Of a stretch of 64,000 bases of DNA, positions 19,848 through 30,022 are shown in pieces. The first letter of the stretch is position 1. Every line of letters starts with the position of its first letter. A program made the translations under genes and the position numbers. The stretch lies in assembly GCF_039977335.1 (NCBI RefSeq), contig NZ_JBDWDI010000002.1, positions 68,122-132,121 on the forward strand. Reading direction: 5' to 3'. Source of the stretch: Parasphingorhabdus sp. Its GTDB lineage: Bacteria; Pseudomonadota; Alphaproteobacteria; Sphingomonadales; Sphingomonadaceae. The notes under the pieces are model-generated. The model ran no database searches. It saw only the letters and a program-made list of their open reading frames with translations, and had not been told where the DNA came from.

Positions 19848-20795
19848 ATGACGCTCGACGGACAATTAATTTGCATTTTTGGCGGTGGCGGGTTTTTGGG
19901 TCGCTATATATCGCAGCAGCTTTTGTCTCGCGGTGCGCGGGTGCGGGTCGCCGAACGCAATGTTAAAAATGCCATGCATATCAAGCCGCTGGGCAATTTG
20001 GGCCAGACCCAATTTGCAAGCGCTGATGTAACCAAGAAGGGCAGCGTTGCGCGGGCTGTGCATGGCTGTGACGCCGTCATCAATCTGGTCGGCATATTGG
20101 ATGGTGACTTTGAGGCGGTGCACGTAGCCGGCGCGCGTAACGTGGCCGAGGCTGCGGCAGAGGCAGGATGCAGCGCGCTTGTCCAGATGTCTGCCATTGG
20201 CGCCGATACCGGATCGCCGTCCCGCTATGGACAGAGCAAAGGTGAAGGCGAAGAGGCCGTGCTCGATGCTTTTCCGAGCGCGATAATCCTGCGGCCCTCG
20301 ATCGTATTTGGCCGGGAGGATCAGTTTATCAACCGCTTTGCCGCGATGATCCAGATGATGCCTATCGTGCCGATAATCGGCGGTGACACCAAGTTCCAAC
20401 CGGTTTTTGTCGGCGACGTTGCGCAGGCCATGGCAGCGGCACTGGAAAATCCGGCGCGCTATGCCGGGCGGACTTTTGAGCTGGGCGGACCAGAAGTCAT
20501 CTCAATGGGTGATCTTAATCGCCGGATTGCCAAAATGACCAAGCGGGATCGTGGCTTTTTCGAAATTCCCGATTTCGCGGCGAAGTTGATGGCAACGTGC
20601 ACCGGTTTTCTTCCGGGTGCGCCGATTACGTCCGATCAGTATAAGATGCTGCAGAAAGATAATGTCGTTGCAGATGGCGAGGCCGGGTTGGAAGCTTTTG
20701 GCGTAACAGCTACACCGCTTGCAACAGTCGCCCGCGGTTGGATGGACAAATATACCACCTATGGCCGGTTTGGAGCGCGCGCCAAGGCCGGTTAG
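19848..20795 (+). CDS. Complex I NDUFA9-like NAD(P)-dependent epimerase/dehydratase (atypical SDR)
   Basis: IFGGGGFLGRY, VINLVGIL, YGQSK.EGE, ILRPSIVFG.ED.F, FQPVFVGDVA; the ORF-track 5' extension from 19398 is spurious. Confidence 0.88.
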   Translation: MTLDGQLICIFGGGGFLGRYISQQLLSRGARVRVAERNVKNAMHIKPLGNLGQTQFASADVTKKGSVARAVHGCDAVINLVGILDGDFEAVHVAGARNVAEAAAEAGCSALVQMSAIGADTGSPSRYGQSKGEGEEAVLDAFPSAIILRPSIVFGREDQFINRFAAMIQMMPIVPIIGGDTKFQPVFVGDVAQAMAAALENPARYAGRTFELGGPEVISMGDLNRRIAKMTKRDRGFFEIPDFAAKLMATCTGFLPGAPITSDQYKMLQKDNVVADGEAGLEAFGVTATPLATVARGWMDKYTTYGRFGARAKAG

Positions 20796-20807
20796 CTCGC
20801 TGCTGCT

Positions 20808-21602
20808 CTAGAACCAGATTAGCAAAGCCGCGCCCATCGCGACGCGGTAGATCACAAATACCATCATCGATGCCTTGCGCAGGAACTGCATCAGGAACGT
20901 CATCGTGGCGAAGGCCGCGACGAAGGTCAGTGCGCCGGTAATCAATGCTTCTTTCAACAGATCATTACTGGCATCCATAAGATCAGGGACAATCAAAATC
21001 CCGGCACCTGCGACGGCCGGGATAGACAGCAGGAAAGAGAAACGGGCCGATTCCACGCGGCTATAGCCAAGGAAACGGGCCGCTGTCATCGTAACACCCG
21101 AACGGCTTGTGCCTGGAATCAGCGCCAGTGCTTGTGCCAAGCCGACAATCAATCCGTCTTTCAAGGTCATGTCCTCAAACGACTTCACTTGCTGTCCAAC
21201 GCGATCGGCAATGCCCAGGAGCACGCCGTAGATGATCAGGTTAATGCCCACCAACGTCGTGCTGCGAAAGCCTTCCAGATAGCCTCCGGTTTTCAGGAAT
21301 AGGCCTACAATTACCGCTGGGATGGTTCCGATGACTATCCACCAAAGCAGTCGCCGTTCCGCATCCGCCTTGCCAATGCCGATGGTGGCAAAGCCTCCCT
21401 TGCCGAGGGAAATCACATCCTTGAAGAAATAGGTGATAATCGCGAGCAAGGATCCAACATGCACGGCAATATCAATCATCGGCCCCTGATCGGCATAACC
21501 GGTAAAAACGGGAAGCAATATGAGGTGGCCAGAGGAGGAAATTGGCAAAAATTCGGTAACACCCTGCACAACGGCGAGGAGCAGCATTTGAATAAATGTC
21601 AT
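20808..21602 (-). CDS. uppP: Undecaprenyl-diphosphate phosphatase
   Basis: VQGVTEFLPISSSGHL, AQALALIPGTSRSG.T, ARFSFLLSIPA. Confidence 0.95.
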   Translation of the reverse strand: MTFIQMLLLAVVQGVTEFLPISSSGHLILLPVFTGYADQGPMIDIAVHVGSLLAIITYFFKDVISLGKGGFATIGIGKADAERRLLWWIVIGTIPAVIVGLFLKTGGYLEGFRSTTLVGINLIIYGVLLGIADRVGQQVKSFEDMTLKDGLIVGLAQALALIPGTSRSGVTMTAARFLGYSRVESARFSFLLSIPAVAGAGILIVPDLMDASNDLLKEALITGALTFVAAFATMTFLMQFLRKASMMVFVIYRVAMGAALLIWF

Positions 21603-21875
21603 GATGGGACCCGGAGCAAGTGAAGGAAATAGGCTTATAGAAGCGGCATTCCACTTTGTCGTTGATGAATTTAGGGCCGATTTGATACTTTTATTGCATG
21701 GAGAGATACTGCCGTTGCCCAAAAACCCCTGAAACACGTTATATAGGTTAGTATTACTGTCCCTTATGGCTGTTTTCTCGTGACTCTGCCCCGCGTTTCG
21801 CCTATCGCGATCCCAACGCCCGCTCAGCAGGGCAGGGCCACCTTAATCGAAAAACACAAGAAACGAGCGATCTGC

Positions 21876-23330
21876 ATGCCAAAAGGCACGAAAAAATTAG
21901 ATATGTTGAAATTTGTGGGCACGGGACAAACCTATCCGGAAAAGCGCGAACCAAAGCTGCGTGCTGAGGATTTTCAGGAAATTGCCGACCGTTATGCCCC
22001 CGAGAAAGCGGCAGAACAGGCTGCGCGTTGTTCACAATGCGGCGTACCTTATTGCTCGACCCATTGCCCGCTGCACAACCATATTCCCGACTGGCTGCGT
22101 CTGACCGCAGAGGGCCGAGTGCGCGAAGCCTATGAAATGTCGAATCTGACATCGACCATGCCGGAGATTTGCGGCCGCATCTGCCCGCAGGACCGTTTGT
22201 GTGAAGGCAATTGCGTGATTGAATTTTCCGGCCATGGCGCCGTGACCATCGGCGCAGTGGAGAAATATATAACCGATACCGCTTGGGAAGAAGGTTGGGT
22301 TGAGCCGCTGGTCGCGGGCAAGTCGCGCGGCCAGTCTGTGGGTATAATCGGCGCTGGTCCCGCTGGCTTGACTGCTGGCGAGTATCTGCGTGTCGCGGGC
22401 TATGATGTGCATATATATGACCGCCATGACCGTGCCGGAGGATTGCTCACCTATGGCATTCCTGGTTTCAAACTGGAAAAAGACGTCATCATGCGGCGCG
22501 TTCAACGTCTGAAAGACGGTGGCATCCATTTCCACGAGAAATTCGAAGTCGGCAAGGATGCGACATTGGATGAGCTGCGTACCAAGCATGACGCGATTCT
22601 GATCGCAACAGGCGTATATAAAGCGCGCGAAATCAAGATGCCTGGCGTCGGTGCTCCAGGTGTCGAGGAAGCGCTTGATTTCCTCACTGCCTCCAACCGC
22701 AAAAGCTTTGGCGATGATGTGCCGGATTTCGACAATGGCCGTTTCAATGCAGAGGGCAAGAATGTCGTCGTCATCGGCGGCGGCGATACTGCGATGGACT
22801 GTGTCCGTACTTCGGTGCGGCAAGGGGCCAAGTCGGTCAAATGTCTCTATCGCCGCGACCGCGCGAATATGCCAGGCTCGCAAAATGAAGTGAAAAATGC
22901 CGAGGAAGAAGGCGTTGAATTTGTCTGGCTCTCCGCGCCCAAAGCGGTGGAGGGCACCGAGCACGCGACCGCCGTCAAAGCGACCAAGATGCGCCTCGGT
23001 GCGCCCGATGCCAGTGGCCGCCGCGCACCCGAGGTACAGCCCGATAGCGAATTCACCCTGGAGGCCGATCTGGTCATTAAGGCCTTGGGCTTTGATGCCG
23101 AAGAGCTGCCCAGCTTGTTCGATTGCCCCGATCTCAGCGTCACGCGCTGGGGCACATTACGGGTTGATCACAAGAGCATGATGACCAATCTCGACGGTGT
23201 TTTTGCTGCCGGTGATATTGTTCGCGGTGCCAGCCTTGTGGTATGGGGTATCCGTGACGGTCGCGACGTGACCGAGCATATGCACAAATTTTTGCGTGAA
23301 AAAGCAAGGGCGGAAAAAGAGGCCGCCTGA
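21876..23330 (+). CDS. gltD: Glutamate synthase small subunit
   Basis: RCSQCGVPYC..HCP, GRICPQDRLCEGNC, IIGAGPAGL, VIGGGDTAMDC. Confidence 0.95.
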   Translation: MPKGTKKLDMLKFVGTGQTYPEKREPKLRAEDFQEIADRYAPEKAAEQAARCSQCGVPYCSTHCPLHNHIPDWLRLTAEGRVREAYEMSNLTSTMPEICGRICPQDRLCEGNCVIEFSGHGAVTIGAVEKYITDTAWEEGWVEPLVAGKSRGQSVGIIGAGPAGLTAGEYLRVAGYDVHIYDRHDRAGGLLTYGIPGFKLEKDVIMRRVQRLKDGGIHFHEKFEVGKDATLDELRTKHDAILIATGVYKAREIKMPGVGAPGVEEALDFLTASNRKSFGDDVPDFDNGRFNAEGKNVVVIGGGDTAMDCVRTSVRQGAKSVKCLYRRDRANMPGSQNEVKNAEEEGVEFVWLSAPKAVEGTEHATAVKATKMRLGAPDASGRRAPEVQPDSEFTLEADLVIKALGFDAEELPSLFDCPDLSVTRWGTLRVDHKSMMTNLDGVFAAGDIVRGASLVVWGIRDGRDVTEHMHKFLREKARAEKEAA

Positions 23331-23391
23331 CGACCCTATTTTGGCCATCCATTTAGGCCTCAAATTCTGCGCCCCCATTTCGGAGTTATAA

Positions 23392-24279
23392 ATGAAAAAA
23401 TATTTTGCGATTACTGTAAGTTCGTTGGTTTTGGCTTTGAGTGCCCCCGCCATCGCACAAGATGCTGATACATCAGCTACAGCGGAAACCGAAACAGCAC
23501 CAATCGACCCAGCCCGCCTCGACGCGGCAAAAAGCACTGTCGATTATCTCTTCCCACTCGGCACGTATGAGCGGATGATGAAGGGCACCATGGACCAGAT
23601 GATGGACCAGATGATGATGAGCATGGGCAATATGCGCATGGGTGATCTGGCGGGAGCAGGTGGCGTTGCCAGAGGCGATATGCCCGATGGCATGGGTGAA
23701 AAAACGCTGGCCGAGATGGCGACAGAAATGGATCCTGCCTATGCAGAGCGGACAAAAATCTCGACCAAGGTGATAATGGATGAAATGGTCAATATCATGA
23801 TCACCATGGAACCCTCCGTCCGCAAAGCATTGACCAATATCTACGCGCGCAAGTTCACGGTTGGCCAACTCAACGAAATGAACGGCTTTTTCGCCACCGA
23901 TACCGGCAGCGCCTTTGCACGGGACTATATGATGGTCTTTGTCGATCCGGAAATGATGCAGTCGATGATGACGATGGTCCCGGAAATGATGCAGGCCATG
24001 CCGGAGATCATGAAGAAGGTAGAGGAAGCCACAGCGCATTTACCGCCCGTCAAAATACCTGGTGCCGGTGATGCATTTGGCTCGGTCGAAGAGGTTATGG
24101 AAGACGTTAACAATGCTGACGATAGCACGGATTGGGAAGACCCTGACAACTGGTCAGTGGAAGATCGAGACTTAGTCAACAAACTCAGCACCGATTCCGA
24201 CACCGCCTTTGAGAAATATTATGAAGCGCTGGAAAAGGCGCAGAAGAACGCCAAAGCCAAAATGGCGAACGGCAAATAA
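23392..24279 (+). CDS. Met-rich secreted DUF2059-like protein
   Basis: Signal peptide ..APAIA|Q; YARKFTVGQLNEMNGFFATDTG resembles the DUF2059 motif. Confidence 0.7.
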   Translation: MKKYFAITVSSLVLALSAPAIAQDADTSATAETETAPIDPARLDAAKSTVDYLFPLGTYERMMKGTMDQMMDQMMMSMGNMRMGDLAGAGGVARGDMPDGMGEKTLAEMATEMDPAYAERTKISTKVIMDEMVNIMITMEPSVRKALTNIYARKFTVGQLNEMNGFFATDTGSAFARDYMMVFVDPEMMQSMMTMVPEMMQAMPEIMKKVEEATAHLPPVKIPGAGDAFGSVEEVMEDVNNADDSTDWEDPDNWSVEDRDLVNKLSTDSDTAFEKYYEALEKAQKNAKAKMANGK

Positions 24280-24324
24280 ACGGCGGCACCAAATGCTGTT
24301 TCCACCTACTGAAATGAAATTGAT

Positions 24325-27300
24325 ATGACGCACCACTATCCAACGCCCGAACATAAACGCCTTGCCGAAACCGGCATGTACCGGCCTGAATTTGAATCCG
24401 ATGCCTGCGGCGTCGGACTGGTCGCGGCGACTGATGGCAAGCCATCGCGGCGGGTGGTGTCGTCAGCAATTGATGCGCTGAAAGCGGTGTGGCATCGCGG
24501 CGCAGTAGATGCGGATGGCATGACCGGTGATGGCGCGGGGCTGCATGTCGACCTGCCTGCGCGCTTCTTTGATGATGCGATTGCGGATAGCGGTCATAAA
24601 GTCATGCCCAACCGGCTCGCGGTCGGCATGATCTTTTTACCGCGTACCGATCTCAGCGCGCAGGAAACTTGCCGGACCATTGTCGAAGCGGAAATTATCG
24701 AAGCCGGGTATAAAATCTACGGCTGGCGGCAGGTGCCGGTCGATGTGTCGGTCATTGGTGTGAAGGCGCAAAATACGCGGCCTGAAATTGAGCAGATCAT
24801 GATCGCCGGCCCGTTGCCGGAGCGCCAGAGCGCTGCGGAGTTCGAAAAAAACCTCTATCTCATTCGCCGCCGGATTGAGAAGAAAGTTGTCGCCGCGCAG
24901 ATTCATGATTTCTATATTTGCAGCCTGTCGTGCCGTTCGATCATCTATAAGGGCCTGTTCCTCGCGGAGTCCCTGTCGGTATTTTATCCTGATCTGACAG
25001 ACGAGCGGTTTGAAAGCCGCGTCGCGATTTTCCATCAACGCTATTCGACCAACACTTTCCCGCAATGGTGGCTGGCTCAGCCGTTTCGGACGCTGGCCCA
25101 TAATGGCGAGGTCAATACGATCCGCGGCAACAAGAACTGGATGAAAAGCCACGAGATCAAAATGGCGAGTCTCGCCTTTGGTGATCACTCGGAAGATATC
25201 AAGCCGGTTATCCCGGCGGGTGCGTCCGATACCGCTGCCCTCGACGCGGTGTTTGAAACCATCTGTCGGTCGGGCCGTGATGCGCCGACCGCCAAGCTGA
25301 TGCTGGTCCCGGAAGCATGGCAGAATGAAGCGGATATAGATCCTGCACATAAAGCCATGTATGAATATATGGCGAGCGTTATGGAGCCGTGGGATGGCCC
25401 CGCTGCGCTGGCGATGACCGACGGTCGGTGGGCGGTGGCAGGTGTGGACCGCAATGCGCTGCGGCCGCTGCGGTACAGCAAGACCTCTGACAATCTGCTG
25501 ATCATCGGATCGGAAACCGGCATGGTCGTGGTTCCCGAAAGCCAGATTATCGACAAAGGCCGGCTTGGTCCCGGCGAGATGATCGCCGTTGATTTACAGG
25601 AAGGCGTCGTCTTCACAGATAAAGCGATTAAAGACCAAATCGCGTCCGAGGAACCCTATGCCGAGCGCGTCAAAGGCTTCCGCACGATGGAAGATTTGCC
25701 GCCTGCTCCGACGGATGCAGGAATGAATTTCTCCAAGGAAGAATTGATCCGCCGCCAGACCGCTGCCGGCCATACACTGGAAGACATGGAGGTGATCCTC
25801 GCCCCGATGGTTGAGGATGCCAAGGAAGCCATTGGGTCCATGGGCGATGACACACCGCTTGCGGTGATCAGCCTGAAACCGCGTCAGGTCAGTCATTTCT
25901 TCCGCCAGAATTTTTCGCAGGTCACCAACCCGCCCATCGACAGTCTGCGTGAACGGCATGTGATGAGCCTGCGCACACGCTTTTCCAATCTCGCGAATAT
26001 TTTGGAAAAAGACAGCCAGAATGAAAATGTTCTGGTGCTCGATAGTCCTGTGCTCAGCTGTGGTGCGTGGGAGCGGCTCAAGGCCAGCTTTGGCGATGCG
26101 GTAGCCGAAATTGATTGCACCATGTCCAACACTGGCGGCGCGATTGAATTGCGCGATGCTATTGCTCGGATCCGCGATGAAGCAGAACAAGCGGTGCGTC
26201 AGGGCAAGACCGAAATTTTCCTGACCGACGAGAATATCGACGAAGATCATATGTGTATCTCGATGGTCATCGCGACCGCCGCCGTGCACACGCATTTGGT
26301 GCGCAAGGGATTGCGGGCCTATGCTTCCGTCAACGTGCGCGCTGCCGAATGTCTCGACACCCATTGCTATGCTGTGCTCATCGGCGTCGGCGCAACCACC
26401 GTGAACGCCTATCTATCGGAAGCAGCGATTGAAGACCGCCATAAACGCGGTCTATTCGATGGCCTGACTCTGGAAGACTGTATCGCCCGTCACAAGAAAG
26501 CGGTGGATGAAGGCTTGCTCAAAATCATGTCCAAAATGGGCATTGCCGTCATTTCCAGCTATCGCGGCGGCTATAATTTTGAATCTGTGGGATTGTCGCG
26601 TGCGCTGTGTAACGACTTGTTCCCCGGCATGCCGACCAAGATTTCCGGCGAAGGCTATGCATCGCTGTTTATCAATGCGCAGGAAAAACATGAGGCAGCC
26701 TTTGAAGCGGCGGTTGTGCGTTTGCCAGTCGGCGGTTTCTACAAGCAACGCGATGGCGGAGAGGCTCACGCCTATAGCGCGCATCTGATGCACTTGCTGC
26801 AAAGCGCAGTCGCGCATGATAGCTACTCCTCTTACCTGCAATTCTCCCAAGGTGTGCGCGAACTGGAGCCTGTTTACCTACGCGACCTGATGGAATTTAA
26901 CTACGCGCCAGAACCGATTCCGATCGACGAAGTGGAAGCGATTACCGAAATCCGCAAACGCTTTAACACACCCGGCATGTCCCTCGGCGCACTTAGCCCA
27001 GAGGCGCATGAAACGCTCGCCATTGCGATGAACCGCATTGGTGCGAAATCCGTATCAGGCGAAGGCGGGGAAGAAAAGCGCCGCTACACGCCATTCGAGA
27101 ACGGCGACAATGCCTCCAGCCCAATCAAGCAAGTAGCGTCTGGCCGTTTTGGTGTCACCGCCGAATATCTTGGCGCTTGCGAAGAGGTCGAGATCAAGGT
27201 CGCTCAAGGCGCCAAGCCTGGTGAAGGCGGCCAATTGCCTGGTTTCAAGGTCACCGAATTTATCGCTAAGCTGCGTCACTCGACGCCGGGTGTCACGCTG

Positions 27301-28851
27301 ATCAGCCCGCCACCGCATCACGATATCTATTCTATCGAAGATCTCGCCCAGCTGATTTACGATCTCAAACAGATTAACCCGAAAGCGCGGGTCTGTGTGA
27401 AACTCGTTTCCGCCGCTGGTATCGGTACGATTGCCGCTGGTGTTGCCAAGGCCCATGCCGACGTGATCCTGATTTCCGGCAATACCGGCGGCACCGGGGC
27501 ATCACCGCAAACGTCGATTAAATTTGCGGGTACGCCATGGGAAATGGGCCTGACCGAAGCCAATCAGGTGCTGACCCTCAACGGTCTGCGTCACCGCGTG
27601 AAACTGCGCACCGATGGCGGCCTGAAAACCGGCCGCGACATTGTCATCGCCGCGATTTTGGGCGCGGAAGAATTTGGCCTCGGCACGCTGAGCCTTGTCG
27701 CCATGGGCTGTATCATGGTCCGGCAATGTCACAGTAATACCTGCCCTGTCGGCGTCTGCGTGCAGGATGAAAAACTGCGCGAGAAATTCACCGGTACACC
27801 GGAAAAGGTCATCAACCTGATGACTTATATGGCCGAAGAGGTTCGTGAAATTCTCGCACGGCTCGGCTACCGGACATTGGAAGAAGTCATCGGGCGCACC
27901 GAATTGCTGCGGCAAGTCAGTCGCGGAGCCGAGCATCTGGATGATCTCGACCTCAACCCGATCCTTGCAAAGGTCGATGCCCCCGATACCGAGCGGACGT
28001 TCAATCTACCCACCCACCGCAATGAAGTGCCCGACAGTCTCGACGCCCAGATGATTGCCGATGCAAAACCGGTTTTCGAACGCCGCGAGAAAATGCAGCT
28101 CACTTATACCGTACGCAACACGCATCGCGCGGTCGGGACGCGCTTTTCCGCCGAAGTGACCGCCAAATATGGCATGACCGCGCTAAACGAAGATCATGTC
28201 CATGTCCGCCTACGCGGCAGTGCCGGTCAATCGCTCGGCGCGTTTCTCTGTCAGGGGATCACGCTGGAGGTCTTTGGCGATGCCAATGACTATGTTGGCA
28301 AAGGCCTGTCCGGCGGCAAGATTGTCGTGCGTCCAATGGTAAGCTCTCCGCTCGACAGCAAGGCCAATACAATTATCGGCAACACCGTGCTTTACGGCGC
28401 GACTTCTGGTCAGCTTTTTGCAGCGGGACAAGCCGGCGAACGGTTTGCCGTCCGCAATAGCGGCGCGGATGTGGTTGTGGAAGGCTGCGGTGCCAATGGC
28501 TGCGAATATATGACCGGCGGCAATGCAGTGATCCTCGGCGCGGTTGGTAATAATTTTGGCGCTGGTATGACCGGCGGCATGGCCTTCATCCTAGATCTCG
28601 ATCGTGATTTTGAGAAACATGCCAATCCCGAAAGCATCATCTGGCAGCGGCTGGACAGCGACTATTGGGAAGAGCATCTCAAATCCCTGATCGAAGCCCA
28701 TCACCGGACCACCGACAGCAATTGGTCGGAAACGATCTTGCGCGACTGGGACCGCTGGCGCGAACGCTTCTGGCAGGTTTGTCCGAAGGAGATGGTGAAC
28801 CGATTGGATCATCCCCTGTCGGATAGTGAAGCGATTGAGGCTGCGGAGTGA
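24325..28851 (+). CDS. gltB: Glutamate synthase large subunit
   Basis: DACGVG, HRGAVDADG.TGDGAG, HQRYSTNTFP, EIKVAQGAKPGEGGQLP, GXGXG repeats. Confidence 0.98.
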   Translation: MTHHYPTPEHKRLAETGMYRPEFESDACGVGLVAATDGKPSRRVVSSAIDALKAVWHRGAVDADGMTGDGAGLHVDLPARFFDDAIADSGHKVMPNRLAVGMIFLPRTDLSAQETCRTIVEAEIIEAGYKIYGWRQVPVDVSVIGVKAQNTRPEIEQIMIAGPLPERQSAAEFEKNLYLIRRRIEKKVVAAQIHDFYICSLSCRSIIYKGLFLAESLSVFYPDLTDERFESRVAIFHQRYSTNTFPQWWLAQPFRTLAHNGEVNTIRGNKNWMKSHEIKMASLAFGDHSEDIKPVIPAGASDTAALDAVFETICRSGRDAPTAKLMLVPEAWQNEADIDPAHKAMYEYMASVMEPWDGPAALAMTDGRWAVAGVDRNALRPLRYSKTSDNLLIIGSETGMVVVPESQIIDKGRLGPGEMIAVDLQEGVVFTDKAIKDQIASEEPYAERVKGFRTMEDLPPAPTDAGMNFSKEELIRRQTAAGHTLEDMEVILAPMVEDAKEAIGSMGDDTPLAVISLKPRQVSHFFRQNFSQVTNPPIDSLRERHVMSLRTRFSNLANILEKDSQNENVLVLDSPVLSCGAWERLKASFGDAVAEIDCTMSNTGGAIELRDAIARIRDEAEQAVRQGKTEIFLTDENIDEDHMCISMVIATAAVHTHLVRKGLRAYASVNVRAAECLDTHCYAVLIGVGATTVNAYLSEAAIEDRHKRGLFDGLTLEDCIARHKKAVDEGLLKIMSKMGIAVISSYRGGYNFESVGLSRALCNDLFPGMPTKISGEGYASLFINAQEKHEAAFEAAVVRLPVGGFYKQRDGGEAHAYSAHLMHLLQSAVAHDSYSSYLQFSQGVRELEPVYLRDLMEFNYAPEPIPIDEVEAITEIRKRFNTPGMSLGALSPEAHETLAIAMNRIGAKSVSGEGGEEKRRYTPFENGDNASSPIKQVASGRFGVTAEYLGACEEVEIKVAQGAKPGEGGQLPGFKVTEFIAKLRHSTPGVTLISPPPHHDIYSIEDLAQLIYDLKQINPKARVCVKLVSAAGIGTIAAGVAKAHADVILISGNTGGTGASPQTSIKFAGTPWEMGLTEANQVLTLNGLRHRVKLRTDGGLKTGRDIVIAAILGAEEFGLGTLSLVAMGCIMVRQCHSNTCPVGVCVQDEKLREKFTGTPEKVINLMTYMAEEVREILARLGYRTLEEVIGRTELLRQVSRGAEHLDDLDLNPILAKVDAPDTERTFNLPTHRNEVPDSLDAQMIADAKPVFERREKMQLTYTVRNTHRAVGTRFSAEVTAKYGMTALNEDHVHVRLRGSAGQSLGAFLCQGITLEVFGDANDYVGKGLSGGKIVVRPMVSSPLDSKANTIIGNTVLYGATSGQLFAAGQAGERFAVRNSGADVVVEGCGANGCEYMTGGNAVILGAVGNNFGAGMTGGMAFILDLDRDFEKHANPESIIWQRLDSDYWEEHLKSLIEAHHRTTDSNWSETILRDWDRWRERFWQVCPKEMVNRLDHPLSDSEAIEAAE

Positions 28852-28861
28852 GCCAGTTGCA

Positions 28862-29386
28862 ATGACGACGACGACAGATGTTGTTGTTCAAAGCCTCACG
28901 GCCGCCGATGCTGATGCTATTCTGGATATCTACCAGCAAGGCATGGATACCGGTCACGCGACATTTCAGGAACGCGCACCAAGTTGGGATGAGTGGGACC
29001 AGAGTCACCTGGAAACACCCCGCCTCGGCGCCTTTGTAAACGCCGAGCTAGCGGGATGGGCAGCGTTAAGTCCGACGTCTTCGCGCTGCGTCTATGCAGG
29101 AGTTGCCGAAGAAAGTGTCTATGTCAGCAAAAAATTCATGGGTATGGGAATCGGCATGGCGCTCCTACAAGCCATAATCTCGGCCTCCGAAGATCAAGGT
29201 ATTTGGACCCTGACTGCTGGTATTTTTCCCGAGAATGAAGCGAGTATGCAGCTGCACCAAAAAGCCGGTTTTAAAACCTTGGGTCGCAGGGAACGGATTG
29301 GGAAAATGACCTTTGGGCCTTTGGCTGGGCAATGGCGAGACGTAGTAACCTTGGAGCGACGTAGCGGCCACCCGAAATTTGGCTAG
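28862..29386 (+). CDS. GNAT acetyltransferase, Pat/MddA(YncA)/ArsN-like
   Basis: ATFQERAPSW..WD, YAGVAEESVYV, IFPENEASMQLHQKAGF, WRDVVTLERRS. Confidence 0.8.
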   Translation: MTTTTDVVVQSLTAADADAILDIYQQGMDTGHATFQERAPSWDEWDQSHLETPRLGAFVNAELAGWAALSPTSSRCVYAGVAEESVYVSKKFMGMGIGMALLQAIISASEDQGIWTLTAGIFPENEASMQLHQKAGFKTLGRRERIGKMTFGPLAGQWRDVVTLERRSGHPKFG

Positions 29387-29559
29387 ACCAAAACGTCTTA
29401 GACCTGCACCCTCTATGTTCTTGTTTTGATCTCACCTTCTGCTATAACTGATCTATGACAGATCGGCGCAATGTGGTGGCAGGGATTGGCCTGCTTGGGC
29501 TTACCGGCCTTGTCTCCTGTGCACCCAAATCTGCTTCCCTATCAATAGGAGCCAAAACC

Positions 29560-29895
29560 ATGCCAAAAATCACTCCCAATTATATGGAAATGAAAGCGTC
29601 CGATCTTGGCGCGAGCAAGGCCTTTTACGAAAAAGCGTTTGGCTTTGCCTTTACCGATTATGGTCCAGAATATGCGGCGGTCGAAGGCGGGCCCGTACAA
29701 ATTGGCCTCGCCACTGGCGAGGAACCAGCAGCACCCATGCCGACCTTTGAAACGGATGATCTTGAAACCGCTCTGGCGCAGGTGAAAGCGGCGGGAGGTG
29801 AAATCGTCAAAGAGATTTTCGCTTATCCTGGCGGTCGGCGTTTTGAATGTCTCGATCCTTCCAGGAACCGCTTGGCGATCTATAAGTCTGGCTGA
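29560..29895 (+). CDS. VOC/glyoxalase family protein
   Basis: NYMEM...DL..SKAFY..AFGF.F.DYGPEY, FAYPGGRRFECLDPS.N; SD AGGAG before 29560; alternative in-frame start at 29455. Confidence 0.82.
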   Translation: MPKITPNYMEMKASDLGASKAFYEKAFGFAFTDYGPEYAAVEGGPVQIGLATGEEPAAPMPTFETDDLETALAQVKAAGGEIVKEIFAYPGGRRFECLDPSRNRLAIYKSG

Positions 29896-30022
29896 ACGCG
29901 ATAGCCCTCTCGTTCTCGTTACAACTGTTTACAATAGTTGCTGGCAGAATCTTTGTGGGTTCAGCTTTGACTCAGATGCAGCTTGCTAGACGGAGTCTAA
30001 CGACAATGATCTAGGAGGCTTT

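Noticed and set aside
23590-23625. ATGGACCAGATG tandem repeat
   Set aside because: It simply encodes the MDQM/MMDQMM Met-rich segment; not a CRISPR array or VNTR.
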